64,000 nucleotides of DNA. Origin: Malacoraja senta (lineage: Eukaryota). A program made the position numbers and the translations under genes. The stretch is taken from contig CM075995.1 of NCBI GenBank assembly GCA_038087875.1, forward strand, positions 8,248,001-8,312,000, given 5' to 3'. A model generated the notes under the pieces. That model saw only the letters and a program-made list of their open reading frames with translations, did not search any database and had not been told where the DNA came from. This document shows positions 37,339-51,087 of the stretch, in pieces; position 1 is the first letter of the stretch; every line of letters starts with the position of its first letter.

Positions 37339-38893
37339 ATGTATCATCATGCTAATTTAGTTATGTTAATAGAGAGAAATTACAAGCTATATTATTTATC
37401 ACTTACACCAATAAATTGTGTAATGGAATCGGACCTGCCATGGCGTTATAGATCCCTGACTTGGAAAGCCTTGTTCAGCAATACCTATCAGTCACCTGTG
37501 CGAGCACACATGGTGGCGTCATGGTAATTCCGCTCATTAAAGGGACTATGGAAGATTCTTCCCCCAGACGCCGACTTTTTTCACATGAATAAAGTGATCA
37601 AATCTCTGATTTAACTGGGATGGGCGTCTTCATTCATGTAAACATCTTCGCCCATGACAAATAACTGGCAGGTTTTTTTCCAGCATTTCTCTCTCTATGT
37701 CTGGCGTATGGGGGCCAGAGGCGCTCCAATCCTTCCCTGTAGACTGCATTGGCATCGGAAAGGTGCAGGACTCGGAGTCACTAGCACGTGCAGCCTGTTT
37801 GGTTATGAATATACCAACAGAGCATCGATTTGCACAGCTAGTCCTGGCAGCTGCTGAAGGAAGCAATCTGACAACCCCAACTCAGAGTGAGTGCCAAGTC
37901 TTGGGCATCTATGTCAGATAAGATTGCGACTCGTCGCAGTCAAAGAACGCTCCATCCTAAGGCATGTCAGCAGCAGCTCCTGGTTCAGGGTTGCAAATTT
38001 CCTCCCACTCAAATGAGGAGTGGTAGAGGGTGCTACAGAAGAGTGCACATGTGCCTGAAGTGACACCTGTTTCAGGGTTGCAATTCCTCCCACTCGGTTG
38101 AACGTAGTGATGGAGATGGTGCTAAAATACATGCACACATGCCTGAGACAGCTCCTGGGTCAGGTTGCATAAGTCCTCCCATTCGGATGTATGAAGGATG
38201 AAGATGGTCGAGGCAGCTCCTGGTTAAGGTTGCATAAGTCCTCCCATTCGGACGGATGAAGATGGAGCCATATATATTATGCCTCCTGTCACGGATGCAT
38301 ACACAGGCAGTTCAAGTCACATGCCTGCAGCTGCCTTGGTTCAAGGTTTGCATTACCTCCCATCCAAAAGACTATGGGAGATGGTGTCGCAAAACATGCT
38401 TGGTACAGAAGCATGCACAGACAATTTGAGGATACGGATGGTACACCTGGTTCAGGTGCAATTACTCCCACCGTAAAAGAGTGTCAACGGTTAGTATGGA
38501 TTACCTCCAAACAGGAACCCGAATATGACTATGTGCCGGGATCCCATGCTTAATGCATAATGTACGACGATCGCATGAGGGGAAGCGGTGTGCTTTGCCT
38601 CTAAAATTGCTGCTCCGTCGGGGACGGACTAGCCACTACAAGAGAAGTTGGCGCAGCATCAGTGATCTAAAGGAAATGACGAACATGTGGGCAGAGTCTG
38701 CGAATGAAACTTTGCTGAAACTCCAGCAAAGGTAAGGGACCTGGAGTTAGAGACACTGGTAAGTAGGTCTCGTTATTTACCTCCATAAATTAAAACCGAA
38801 AAGGTAAGCTTCACCCCGTGACTGGAGGACCATCCACTGCATGGTCGAATCAAATCTTTGATTCAGAGTCTGAGAAGACCTTACCTAGGGTTC

Positions 38894-39760
38894 GGACTGT
38901 CTGGTCGTACGTTGATCATGATCACTGAGGCCTGGAGAGATAGTACCAAGAAATTGTGCATCCCCCATATCATTAGTGGGAAGTGTTCTGTTTACAGTCC
39001 AACATACGTATGACACGGCACGTATAACATGTTTTTGTAATTCCTCTCTAAACTAAATTTACGAGGGATAGAGTTTGTGCCAGTAGTGCCTTGTCGTCAT
39101 ACTTGTTGCTGGGATCGGGACATCACTCTTGTCGGATCTCACCCACTGATAGCCAGATTTATGAAACGTATCTTCAACTCAGAATCTCTCAGGCACAGGG
39201 ACTCAGAGATATGGGATGTTGACATTGTGCTGACGCTGTTTCGCCAATGGGCTCCAACTACATCCCTGTCCTTGGTTAAACTCACTTACAAAGAGGTTAT
39301 GCTCATGGCGCTGGTTACAGCGCAACAGATCCAGTCGTTGCATAAGCTATGACTGGACAAGATGGTTACATCTGTAGACTATAACATTTTATGTTATGAC
39401 TTAGCAAGCAGAGCAGACCAGGGGCATCAGGTTTCAAACTAGAGGTTGGCATACCCTATGGACCTTCGGTTGTGTGGTGTCACACATCTACAACAGTTTG
39501 TTAAGGTCACCAAGAGCCTTAGAGGCTCTGAACTAGCTTGGTTTGTTAGTTACATAAAACCTCATAAAAAGGTATCAGTACAGACCACCTCCAGGTGATT
39601 AAAACGGGGTCTGGCTTGTGCAGGAGTGATCACTGGCAGTCTCAATCTCACTCCACCAGGGCTGCAACAACATCAGCAGCTAGGGTTATGGACGTTCCGC
39701 TGGACCACATCCTAGCGGCTGCAGGATGGTCTAACGAACAAACCTTTCCCATCATTTGAC
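38894..39760 (+). pseudogene. DIRS tyrosine recombinase pseudogene
   Basis: ITEAWRDSTKK, HPLIARFMKRIF..WDVDIVL..LMALVTAQ, HSTRAATTS..ILAAAGWS; stops and frameshifts. Confidence 0.85.
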
Positions 39761-42139
39761 AACTAACCCATTGCCAGACCGAGGGTATTTGCCACCCTAT
39801 TTTAGGTTCTGTTTTATAGTTTCCTCCTGGATGAAAGGGGTTACTATTATTATTATTTGTACATTTAAAAACATCAGCATGTTTCAATCTATGTCATGTC
39901 TGAATGTTTTTTTAATGTTCAATCATCTGTGGTCAACTGATGCAGTTATGTTGTGTGGACTCGTGTTCACGGCATGAAATCACAGAGCTTTAAAATCTTC
40001 ACGTAGTCACTCACGTGACTCCGAAGTAAAATAGTAAGATTTAAACGAGAACTTACCAGTTTGAGTTTGATCTTTATTTTATGAGGAGTTACGATGAGCG
40101 ATTACGTGCTCTCCCGACCCTCGTATCATAAAGATCATCTGGTACTTCTAGTCTTCTCTAAATCTTACTATGTTCAGTTCAACAACTGTTATCTGTGATT
40201 TCACACCGCTGCTTTGAAGATTGACGCGCATGCGGCCTGACGGCCTTCTTCACGTAATCGCTCATCGTAACTCCTCATAAAATAAAGATCAAACTTCAAA
40301 CTGGTAAGTTCTCGTTTAATCTTACTATTATCTGTTATTTGCACTTGATCAGTTTATTTATTCATGTGTGTATATATTTATATAATGGTATATGGAGTCA
40401 TGCCTACTATGTTCTGTTGTGCTGAAGCAAAGCAAGAATTTCATTGTCCTATCAGGGACACATGACAATAAACTCACTTGAAGCTCCTGCATTTTCAATA
40501 AATTGAAAGTGATTTTCAAGTTTTCTGCTAGTAGTTTACATAACAGAAGCTTAGAATTTTTCTTTAGAATAAGCAGTAAAATAACCCCCAAAAGATATAT
40601 ATTTCATGGAAGACAATAGGTGCAGGAGTATGCCATTCGGCCCTTCGAGCCAGCACCGCCATTCACTGTGATCATGGCTAATTTTCCACAATCAGTACCC
40701 CTATCCTGCCTTCTCCCCGGTTCCCTTGACTCTGCTATCTTTAAGAGCTCTATCTAACAGCAGTCTACTTTGAAGTCTGAAGAAGGGTCTCGACCCAAAA
40801 TGTCACCCATCCCTTCTCTCCAGAGATGCTGCCTGTCCCGCTGAGTTACTCCGGCATTTTGTGTCCATCTGCAGTCTACTTTAGTCAGATTCTGTTCTCT
40901 GTTGTGAAAGGACAAATGGAAATCGTAAAACAATCAAATCAGGTGGAAAGGAGGAGCAGGACATTTGTTTATCTGCAATGGGGTGGAATTGGGCAGCGTT
41001 TCCTCTTCTGTGTCTTTCCGAGGGGCATGATTTATAATTGTTATTAGACCATTTGGAGGAGAAGGAAAAATGCTAAAGTGCCTGCTGCAGTAAACACACA
41101 CTGTCACTGTATGTCATGCTGTCACTTGCGAGCGGAGCACCAAGGCAAATTCCTTGTATGTGAATACTTGGCCAATAAACTTATTCATTCATTCACATCA
41201 AAGGAAAATCCTGTATATAAGGAGTAGATGAACCTTTGTTCGCTGGGCAATCTCCAGTGATCATAGTAGTTGGCGCTCTGAAATAGTCTTGATTGTCTTG
41301 CCCGATCTTTGTGTTATGTTTTAAAGTTTTCTCCGACAAGTGTTGGCTGAGGGGAAGGTGACAACGAGGATCCGGGGAGCAGGAGGAAACACAGAGGGGG
41401 AGCAGCAAGAGGGTGTCGCAGAACTCTCGTCGGAGAGAGGAGGAGAACTTCTTCAAAGTCGGCATACCTCAAGGAGATTTCGCAGTGAAGCGGACGAAAT
41501 GGGTCGGAGGGAACTGCAGATGCTGGTTTACACCGAAGTTGGACATAAAATGCTGGAGTAACTCAGCGGGACAGGCAGCATCTCCGGAGAGAAGGAATGG
41601 GGGCGAGACACTTCTTCAGACTGAGAGTCAGGGGGGAGGGAGACTGGAGATATGGAAGGATAATTGGCTTCATGTAACAAGGCACAAGGCAGTGGTGGAA
41701 GTTTGTTTCAGACTGGAGGCCTGTGACTAGTGGTGTGCCTCAGGGAACGTGAGCCCATTGCTGTTTGTTGTTGATATTGACAATTTAGATGAGGATGCAC
41801 ATGGCATAATTACTAAGTTTGCAGATGACATTAAAGTAGGCGGTTTGTTTAACGTAGATAAGTGTGAGATGTTCACAGCAGGACCTTCACAGTGAATGGT
41901 TGAAGGTGAGGGGTGAAAGATTTAATAGGAACCTGAGGGGCAACTTTTTCACTCAGAGGGTGGTAGGTGTGTGGAACGAGCTGCCGGAGGAGGTAGTTGA
42001 GGCGGATGCAATGACTACGTGGGTTTCTTCCGGGTTCTCCCCTCTCCTCCCATATCTGAAAAACATGTGCAGCCCCTGTTCCAATACCGAAAGCAAAGGG
42101 GCTGCTCCTCACCTTCTGGCTCCTCTTCACACCCACCAT

Positions 42140-42455
42140 AGAAACATTCGGCCCTTTGAGCCAGCGCCACCATTCAAAATTATCATGGCTGATCATCCAA
42201 AATCAGTACCCCGTTCCTGCTTTTTCCCCATATCCCTTGATTCCGTTAGCCCTAAGAGCTAAATCTAACTCTCTCTTGAAAACATCCAGTAAATCGGCAT
42301 CCTCTGCCTTCTGTGACAGAGAATTCCACAGATTCACAACTCTCTGGGTGAAAAGGGTTTTCCTCATCTCAGTCCTAAATGGCCTACCCTTTATTCTTAA
42401 ACTGCGACCCCCTGGTTCTGGACTCCCCCCAACATGGGGAACATCTTTCCTGGCA
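42140..42455 (-). mobile_element. CR1 3' fragment
   Basis: RTEMRKTLFTQRVVNLWNSLSQKA..FKRELDLAL. Confidence 0.85.
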
Positions 42456-42464
42456 TCCTCATCT

Positions 42465-42852
42465 TTGGACACCCTGTGCGTAGGGGAGAGAGTAGGGCTG
42501 AAGATGTTCTGGTTTGGGTTGCCCCTGGGCCTGACCAAGCTGGGTAGCTGCGAGTCACGGCGCCAGGAGGAAGAGGGCTTTGCCCGAGCCGGCTGCCTGC
42601 CCCTTTTCCGGGGTTACGTCCGCGCCCGGGTGGTACTAGAGAGGGACTACGCGCTGGCCACGGGCACCCTGGGGGATTTCTGGGACCGCTGGGCACCGCA
42701 GGGGGGGGGGAGGGGATATATCCTCAATAAGGATTGTATTATAGTTATATGAAAATTTAGTGTCTTCGATAATTTGGTGATTTTGTACTATGGTGATGGA
42801 TGTGTTTGCACGGTTTTGTTTTGTAAGTATTATTTTGTATTGTAAATGAAAA
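42465..42852 (+). mobile_element. Tx1-like LINE 3' fragment
   Basis: CLPLFRGYVRARVVLERDYALATGTLGDFWDRWAP resembles Tx1-type ORF2 C-termini; T-rich 3' UTR. Confidence 0.6.
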
Positions 42853-43126
42853 GTCCCTAGGGTCTAGGGAGTGAATGCGAAAAGGGAATACAGGGCTCAA
42901 AATTAGCGGTTGCCCGGGTGCCACTGGCCACTCAAAGCACCGCCGGGCAACCTAAACACCGAGTCATTTTGCCCGGCTTGGCAACTAGATACTGGTTTGT
43001 ACCGAAGATAGACACAAAAAACTGGAGTAACTCCACGGGTCAGGCAGCATCTCTGGAGAAAAGGAACGAGACGTTTCGTGTCGACGGCGGCTGTCGTGCG
43101 GGCAAATATACTAGGTGCGGGATGAG

Positions 43127-43470
43127 GAAGGGTCGGAGCGAATGACGGGCCCCGAACAGCGGCAGCAGTGGCCGCGAACAGCGGCTCCATCTCCTCCTCC
43201 CGCCCCCCGCCCGCCCTGATAAGGGCCTCTGCTTGTAAATCCTCTAACAGCGATAACCGCTTTCCAAACAAACCCTCCAGCACTCCGAGGCCGGGTGGAA
43301 GGAGTGAAGGAGGGGGAGGCCTCGGAGTGCGGGAGGGTTTGTTTTGAAAGCCCGTTAGTGGGTTTACAAGCAGAGGCCCTTATCAGGGCGGGCGGGAGGA
43401 GGAGGAGATGGAGCTGCTGTCGCGGCCGCTGCTGCCGCTGTGCAGGGCCCGTCATTCGCTCCGACCCTTC
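43127..43470. repeat. About 344-bp imperfect GC-rich palindrome
   Basis: GAAGGGTCGGAGCGAATGACGGGCCC.. pairs with ..GGGCCCGTCATTCGCTCCGACCCTTC; purine loop at about 43292-43317. Confidence 0.92.
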
Positions 43471-43765
43471 TGAAGCAGCTGCATCAAAGATCTTATAGCT
43501 ATAGGATCTCTGAACTGCACCGCCCGGCCGCGCATCTTGCTGTTGGCTGGTGGAGGAAAGAGGCGGTGGCGAGGAGTTCCCAACGGCCAAGGCAGCGGGG
43601 TGATGTTGTCCGAGGAGCGCTGACCTTCCTTCCTCCCCACCTCACCCCCCCCTCTCTCTCTTGTACGCCCCCTCCACCCCTCTTATCCTGAGACCCCTCC
43701 ACTCCATCCCACTCTGATCCCCATTCCCGCCTCTATTCAGTCCTCACTGACATCCCCTGTGCTCC

Positions 43766-44318
43766 TGTCGTGGTTTTAAGACTCAAAGTTTGGATAAGAT
43801 GACACAGACACGGAGAATTCTTCAAGAAGACGAAAAGCCTTTATTTGCAAATATTCGGCTGGAACATTCAGAGATGACACCACCTGTCCACTCTCTAATT
43901 GCTCTGATCCACAGAAACAAGCAGGTTTTTATTACACTCTTTCAGCCTTATCTCTGCTACATTATTTTTCATGCTGTACTCCTTTGCATCAATCTGTCTT
44001 TGATTCTAGTATTCTCTGTCTCGCCACCATTAGCTTCCGACCTTGGTTCAATCTTATTAAAATTTACATTTCCTCTCATATCTCGTCCTTCACTCGCCAC
44101 CCTTAAAATTAACTTCTAATGTCCCATCTATGTCCTTGTCCTGCCACCATTATGTTTCAGCTAAAGCAACTTTAATCTTTCAGCTATGTCTGCCAAGGTT
44201 AGACGACACCATTTTGTACTGTTACATATTAGCTTATGTTTAATTCAAGGATATAAATGTATTTATTAAGAATACAAAGTGCAAAAGTAGAAATAAGTAA
44301 CTTGTTTATAACTTCCAT
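43766..44318 (-). repeat. ERV 3' LTR
   Basis: Near-identical to 53132-53665; preceded on the minus strand by PPT AGAGGAGGGAG; AATAAA about 75 nt from the end. Confidence 0.95.
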
Positions 44319-44999
44319 ATAACTCCCTCCTCTGAGACTCCACCGATTGTCAAAAGACAAAGAAAACCACACACACATCCCCCAGGTCAAATTATCCATA
44401 GAGCCCTAAAATGCAGGCTCTTTTAATTAAGTTTGCTTAATGCTGTGTAGCGTTCTTTCTCCGGCTCCCTGAGAAACTGGCCAAAAACCCACCCCCATTA
44501 CGTGAGGCAGGAAAAAAGGATCCAGTTTCCCTTACAGACTTCGATTAACATTTTCCTAACACTTCTACTCCATTGTAGTAGTATTCTATCACCGAGGTCC
44601 ACTTTCCTTGAGGGCCAGATTCGTCTTCACCCGTTGGCAGTTGCTTCACAGTAGCTTTCACCAGGAGAGACTTAATACAGGGGAAAACACAGCACAACAT
44701 GATTGCCACTGCAAGTAGTACAACCCCAATGGTCAAACCAATTTTAATCAGCCATGCTCCCCAAACCCCCCAACATGCTCTCCAGCCACCCAAACAATTG
44801 ATGTTTTAACCCTACGTTTCTTTTAACCTCACTCCTTATCCATGGCTTTAGTGAAAGACCCCTCTGGGCTAGTATTATTACGTATGAAGATGAAGCGTTG
44901 TTCCCCAAACAAGACACATAAACCCCTTTATTCTGACCTTATTTACACCAGTCTCATAGTCACTAATGTCTCCAAAAACCTCATATTACCTTAACCATA

Positions 45000-47345
45000 T
45001 AACAATTACAGCAATGAAAGGCCATCTCGGCCCTTCGAATCTGTGCCGAACACTTACTCTCACCTAGTCCCATCTACCTGCACTCAGACCATAACCCTCC
45101 ATTCCTTTCCTGTCCATATACCTATCCAATTTAATTTTAAATGATAAAATCGAACCTGCCTCCACCACTCCACTTATTCCACACAGCTACCACTCTGAGT
45201 AAAGAAGTTCCCCTTCATGTTACCCCTAAACTTCTGTCCCTTAATTCTCAATTCATGTCCTCTTATTTGAATCTTTCCTACTCTCAATTGAAAAAGCTTA
45301 TCCACGTCAACTCTGTCTATCCCTCTCATCATAACCTGCGCTCCAAACAATAAAGACCTAACTTGTTCAACCTTTCTCTGTAACTTAGGTGCTGAAACCC
45401 AGGCAACATTCTAGTAAATCTCATCTGTACTCCTCTATTTTGTTGACATCTTTCCTATAATTTGGTGACCAAAATTATACACCATACTCCATAATTGGCC
45501 TCACCAATGCCTTGTACAATTTTAACATTACATCCCAACTTCTATACTCAATGCTCTGATTTATAAAATTTTGAGATTTTAAAAATAAAGTCTGCAATTT
45601 ATCCCATCAGATAAAGCATAAAAAGAAGTTTAATTTGACACCTAATTCACTTTCATATCTTCAGTATTAAAGAAGTTATGGCCATTTTCATACTCGGAAA
45701 TTAGCATCTTCTCTTTTGCTTTTCCATTGACTTAACACGAAAGCTGTGATCGAGGACAGTTAAAAGCCTATAACTTTCTTAAAAATTAAGATAACTGAAA
45801 TAAATTTTCAGTTATTATAGATTGAAGCATTCTGAAACAAATATGAAACAATCTTACTTAGAAGACATGAAAGTAAAGCATATAATTAGTTAGTTACGTA
45901 ATTGTAGCTAATTACAAAATTCAATTACTAGATCTAAACATCTATCAATTTCTTAAGAATAGATTAACATTTTTAAATAGCCTAAGTGTCCAAATAACAT
46001 TCACACAATAATTCACAATATAACATAATTTTTAAATCTCATTTTCATGAAGTTACAGGCCAAATGGAAGGAATTGAATGTTTAATACCTGTAAATTAAT
46101 GGGCATTTAAATCATCTTGCGAGTGAGGATTTCTGGAACGCGATCTTTTGGAACGTTCATTTGCGGTAAATTTAACCCCGTATTGGCATGAAAAATACTG
46201 CCGTTAGTTCGGGGAATAAAATCACCGTGTCGCATGAAAAATTGTGAATTAAAGGCTTCTTAAGCACTTTTATACATTTAAAGAAACCACTTTCGTTTAC
46301 CTGTCCCGTGTGTGAAATCCGTCCCCGTTATCGGCGTTGACGCTTCAGGAGCTGCTTTTAAAATTACTCCAGCGCTGACATTGACGATTTAATAAAAATA
46401 AAAAATTCACAAAACGCCGCTAGGAACGATTTGTCAGCCAACGCTTGTACTCCAACGAAATATAATTCAGGACAAGGGAGGAGAAACCGCGGTTTAACCC
46501 CGCCCCCCCCCCCCTAAAAAGCACCAAAATCGCGCACACGGCCAGTGGCAGAATTACAGCGCGACTGAAGGTAAGTTTTGTAACATACCTAATAAAGGCC
46601 AGCACACCAAAAGCTTTCTTTACCACCCTATCTACATGAGATTCCACCTTCAGGGAACTATGCACAGTTATTCTTAGATCCCTCTGTTCAACTGCATTCC
46701 TCAATTCACTACCATTTACCATGTACGTCCTATTTTGATTTGTCCTTCCAAGATGCAGCACCTCACACTTATCAGCATTAAACCCATCTGCCATCTTTCA
46801 GCCCACTCTTCCAAATGGCCTAAATCTCTCTGTAGACTTTCAAAAGCTACTTCATTATTCACAACACCACCTATCTTAGTATCATCTACATACTTACTTA
46901 TCCAATTTACCACACCATCATCCAGATCATTGATGTATATGACAAACAACAGTGGACCCAACACAGATCCCTGAGGCACCCCTCTAGTTACTGGCCTCCA
47001 ACCTAACAAACAGCCATCCACCATTACTCTCTGGTATCTCCCATTCAGCCACTGTTGAATCCATCTTGCCACTCCACCATTAATACCCAACAATTGAACC
47101 TTCTTAACAAACCTTCCATGTGGAACCTGGTCAAAGGCCTTACTGAAGTCCATATAGACAACATCCACCGCTTTACCCTCATCAATTTCCCTAGTAACCT
47201 CTTCAGAAATTCAAGAAGATTAGTCTAACATGACCTTCCAGGCACAAATCCATGTTGACTGTTCCTAATCAGACCCTGTTTATCCAGATGCTTATATACA
47301 TAATCTTTAAGTATCCTTTCCATTAATTTGCCCACCACTGACGTC
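45000..47345 (-). mobile_element. CR1 LINE nested in the ERV (split at 45568-46591)
   Basis: MDFSKAFD, GVPQGSVLGP, KYVDD, QRDLRITVH. Confidence 0.9.
45568..46591. mobile_element. Unclassified AT-rich insertion without TIRs or tail
   Basis: Interrupts the CR1 sequence TGATTTATAAAGGCCAGC with ATAAA on both sides. Confidence 0.65.
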
Positions 47346-50300
47346 AAACAACGTTCTTGTTAGAACTCTGCTCTTCTCTCACTTCTTTGTCCTCTTGTTC
47401 ACTTACCTCAGGGCTATTATCTAGTCGTACCTGCGGGACAGCCCTCATGTAAGGATTGAAATGGTACCAGGTAGATCAACCTACCTGAACAGCGGTGGGT
47501 GGTTTGGAAAGCTCATACATACACCTTGTCTCCAGGTTTAAAGGGTCCTTCCTCCTGGTCCACCTCCAACTGCTTTTACTTTGCCTGTGTATAAATAGAC
47601 TTGTATATCATAATTAACTGTTGCATATACTTCTTAAATTCTACCTCTAACTGTTCCAAACTCGGCCCCTTGTAGGGACCTCTCCATTGTGCCACCTGCA
47701 TAGGTCGGCCAGTAAGCATCTCTTGTGGTGTTATGTGGGTTATTCGGTTAGTTTGCATGCAACATCTCTTCAGTGCCAATGGCAGGGCATCGATCCAATT
47801 CAACTTTGTAGTTACACAAATCTTATTTATCTTAGCCTTCAATGTTCCATTTATTCTTTACACCATGCCCTGTGACTGCAGGTGTTACACACCCAAATCT
47901 GTGTTTTACTCTAAGGGCCTGTAGCACCAGCTTGACTGCTCTCTGAATGAAAACAATCCGTTGTCAAAGCTGATTTCTGTAGGTCTACCAAACCTCTCAA
48001 TTACCTCATTCATCAGAAACTTCACTACAGTCCTTGCACCTAAATAGATCCAAGTTTACCTTAGACGTAATAACAGCTGATCATCCTCCAGATGCTGTTC
48101 TGACTGCTTCGTCTGCACTTTGATTCCCCTTCATATGTGCTTGGCATTTAATGACAGCTAGTGCCCCTGGCTTCATTATTGCCCTCAACAGATCTGTACT
48201 TTACTGCTAACTTTTCATTGGGTCTCCATTGCTTTTCTCAAAGCCTTTCTGTGTCCCTACTGCTCCAACCATGTGACAGACCCCATGTACATATGCTTAG
48301 TCGGTATAAACTTCAGCTTTCTCACCTTCCCTCATGTCACATGCTGCTCTTAAAGCCTTAATTTCTGCCAACTGAGCTAAGCAAGATTGCAGGCTTCCAA
48401 TTTAATTACCTTAAAGTCTAATTCATCCTGATGCACCACTTCAAACCCTGCATACTTGCTATTATGATCCCTTTAACAAGAAACATCCACAAGCAAAACC
48501 TTTTTGTCCCCTTCATTCAAAGCTCTGACTGTAAAACATTTCTCAGACTTGTGTGTCCTTCCTTCATTATTTTCCATAATGACATCACAATTTCAACATA
48601 CTTTCCAATCTAGTCTAAACTATATCCTGCCATTCCCAAGATCATCATCATCTGTCCTACTGTCTGAGGTTTGGAAACTTCAATTATCTCTTCAATTTGA
48701 TCCTGCGCTATAGCTTTTACTTTAGATATTATTCGTCCTGAATATTCTACCTGCAGCTGACAAAACAGCAACTTTTTCCTGGATACTTTATGACTTCCTG
48801 TGCCATCTTTTCCAAGAAAATTAAAATGTCTCTCTCACATTGCTTCTCACTTGTGGAACAAACCAACAAATCATCCACATACTGTATCAAATACTTTCTA
48901 AGGGTACACCTTCCAAATCTGCCTTTAACATCTGATTAAAAACATGGGGCTAGTATTTAAAACCCTGCCGCATCCTAGCCTAGGTGTATTTAATACCTCT
49001 TCTTAATGTTCTTACCATAGCTATGTTCACCACTATCTTAATATAATTATTATTATATCCTGATTACCATACCTGTTCACATCCCCAACACACCTTATGC
49101 ATTACCTGTCTCCTTACTAGCCTTTCTTGACCTCCTTGAGATCCCTCCCTCCCTTGGGGACCCCAGTCCTGTCTGAGCTTATATCCAGATTTATTTCACT
49201 CCTGATAGGGCATTTGAGGAAACACTCCCTCAAAGACATTTATTATTGGCATGGGATTCTCTGGTCCCTGTTTGGCTCTGTCATAGGACTCACTCTGTGT
49301 CGGTGCATCACTTATTTCAGTCTTTTCAACCAGGTCTATTGTTATTAACAACATTGTCTTTCCTTTTTTCACGCTCTTTCTTTTTGAGCTCTTCAAGTTA
49401 CATTTGCATCATTTTTCTCTGCACCTCTTCCTGCAGGTCTGCAAGTCTTTTTCCTATCTTTGTGATATTTCTCGACCTCATTGACCAAATGATCGCTGAA
49501 TCGGGGGTGGGAAATAGATGACAATCCCACCACCTCCTCCAATCTAGACTTGACTTTAGGAGGAATGACATCCACCACAGTGGTTCAGAATATAGTGTTC
49601 ATTAACTGGTTGCCTTCTATTTCTTGTTCATTTTCAAGTCTCCACCTTTTCAGCTGGTTCTCCAGATAGGCTGCTGGATTATTTGCCTCTCCCAGTGGAT
49701 CTCCCCTTTATTCCTTGGGGTCCACCTTAAGTGGGTAACATTGTCTGAGGGCCTGCCATACACTCTGCCTGACTGTGTCAAACAGCATGCCATTGTTTAT
49801 TGCATTGTTCACAGCATTTTTATACCAGCCATCTTCAGTAGTTCTGTCAGTTTGGTGGTTCCTATCACTTTCACCAACAGTGCCTTCAAATCTCCCATAG
49901 CCAATAATCGTCCCATGTTCTCCTCCTCCAAAGCCCTAATCCATTTCCTGCCCCATCAGTAATATTGGGTACGGTATTTTTAGCCCTCTCAGTTTATGGG
50001 TGCCCCAAAGGATAATCTGTGTCTGTCCTACTCTTTTCTGTTTAAAGTAGTCTCATCAATTTATCCCTCTGCTTCCCACTTTAATCCTTTCTGGTATGCC
50101 TTCTTTCTTATTCTAAACTCAATTTCTTGCTTCTCAGATATTCTAGCCTCCTTTGCAAATGCATTCACCTTTCTTTTAAAATCTTCCACTGACTCCTCCT
50201 GATTTATTACTTTCACACCTGTCGTTTCCTACTGCTGTTACCTCCTCACTGCCTCTCTCTCCTTTCTTTCTAAACGGCCTAAGTGCATCTAATTCCTTTC

Positions 50301-51087
50301 CTCTCCACTTTTCCCACCTTTCCAACTTATCTGTGGTCATATAATTCATAATTAACACTTCCATCTTGTCACACATTTATCTTGAAAGTGCCTTCCTTGG
50401 GCCACTTCCTCACAACTGTTTCTGAAAATCTCAGCAAACAATCATTACCCTTCTCCAACCAGAATGTTTATCTAAACGAACCACAAAAGCTGGTCATGTT
50501 TCAGCAATTAACTTATTTCCAATTATTTCAATCCATTCTCACCACTATTTTAAATTTCCAATTCCTAGTACTAGTAACAATTTTCCAAATTAACTTTACT
50601 GAAAAGAAATGTAAAAGAAACATCAGAAAAACCAAGCAACCTACATTTTCCAACTTTCCCCTTTTTAGTTGCGAGGATACAAAGTGTTAAACGTTACCTT
50701 ACAACTGTTCGTAACCTCCCCCATTGCTTACAATTTCTTAAAGAAACACACACCTACCCTTACAGCATGTAGTCTACAACAAACAAAAGACTTATCACAT
50801 ATATGAACTTCCTCATTCATTCAAAACCGGTTTTTACACACAAATCACATTCGTTCCATTCTTACTTCAAAGAAATTATGCAATTTTCTACACAGATTAA
50901 AGTTTCAAAATTAACATTTATATAATTCTAATCTCCCTTTTAAGTTAAAGTAGGATGGTCTAATCCCCTATCAGTCAGGTTCCTGAGCGCTGTGATTGGA
51001 CATTGATTCAGATCGTGATTAGTCATACTCACCGTCACTCAAATTCTAACCACACCCCACTAAGATCACAACCAATCAAAATCCTAG

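Larger units (their letters stand above)
35376..40329 (+). mobile_element. DIRS1-like tyrosine-recombinase retrotransposon, degenerate/non-autonomous
   Basis: Left terminus TTTTACTTCGGAGTCACGTGAG..; right ITR 40221-40256; ICR 39996-40108 complementary to both termini; YR remnants. Confidence 0.93.
34514..40482 (+). mobile_element. Rex/Babar-type LINE (34514-35375 and 40330-40482) split by the DIRS insertion
   Basis: [40 protein letters not shown]; the 3' UTR resumes after 40329 and ends ATGACAATAAA. Confidence 0.88.

Noticed and set aside
37970..38476. CRISPR array
   Set aside because: Eukaryotic context, no cas genes, degenerate repeats, and spacers related to each other.
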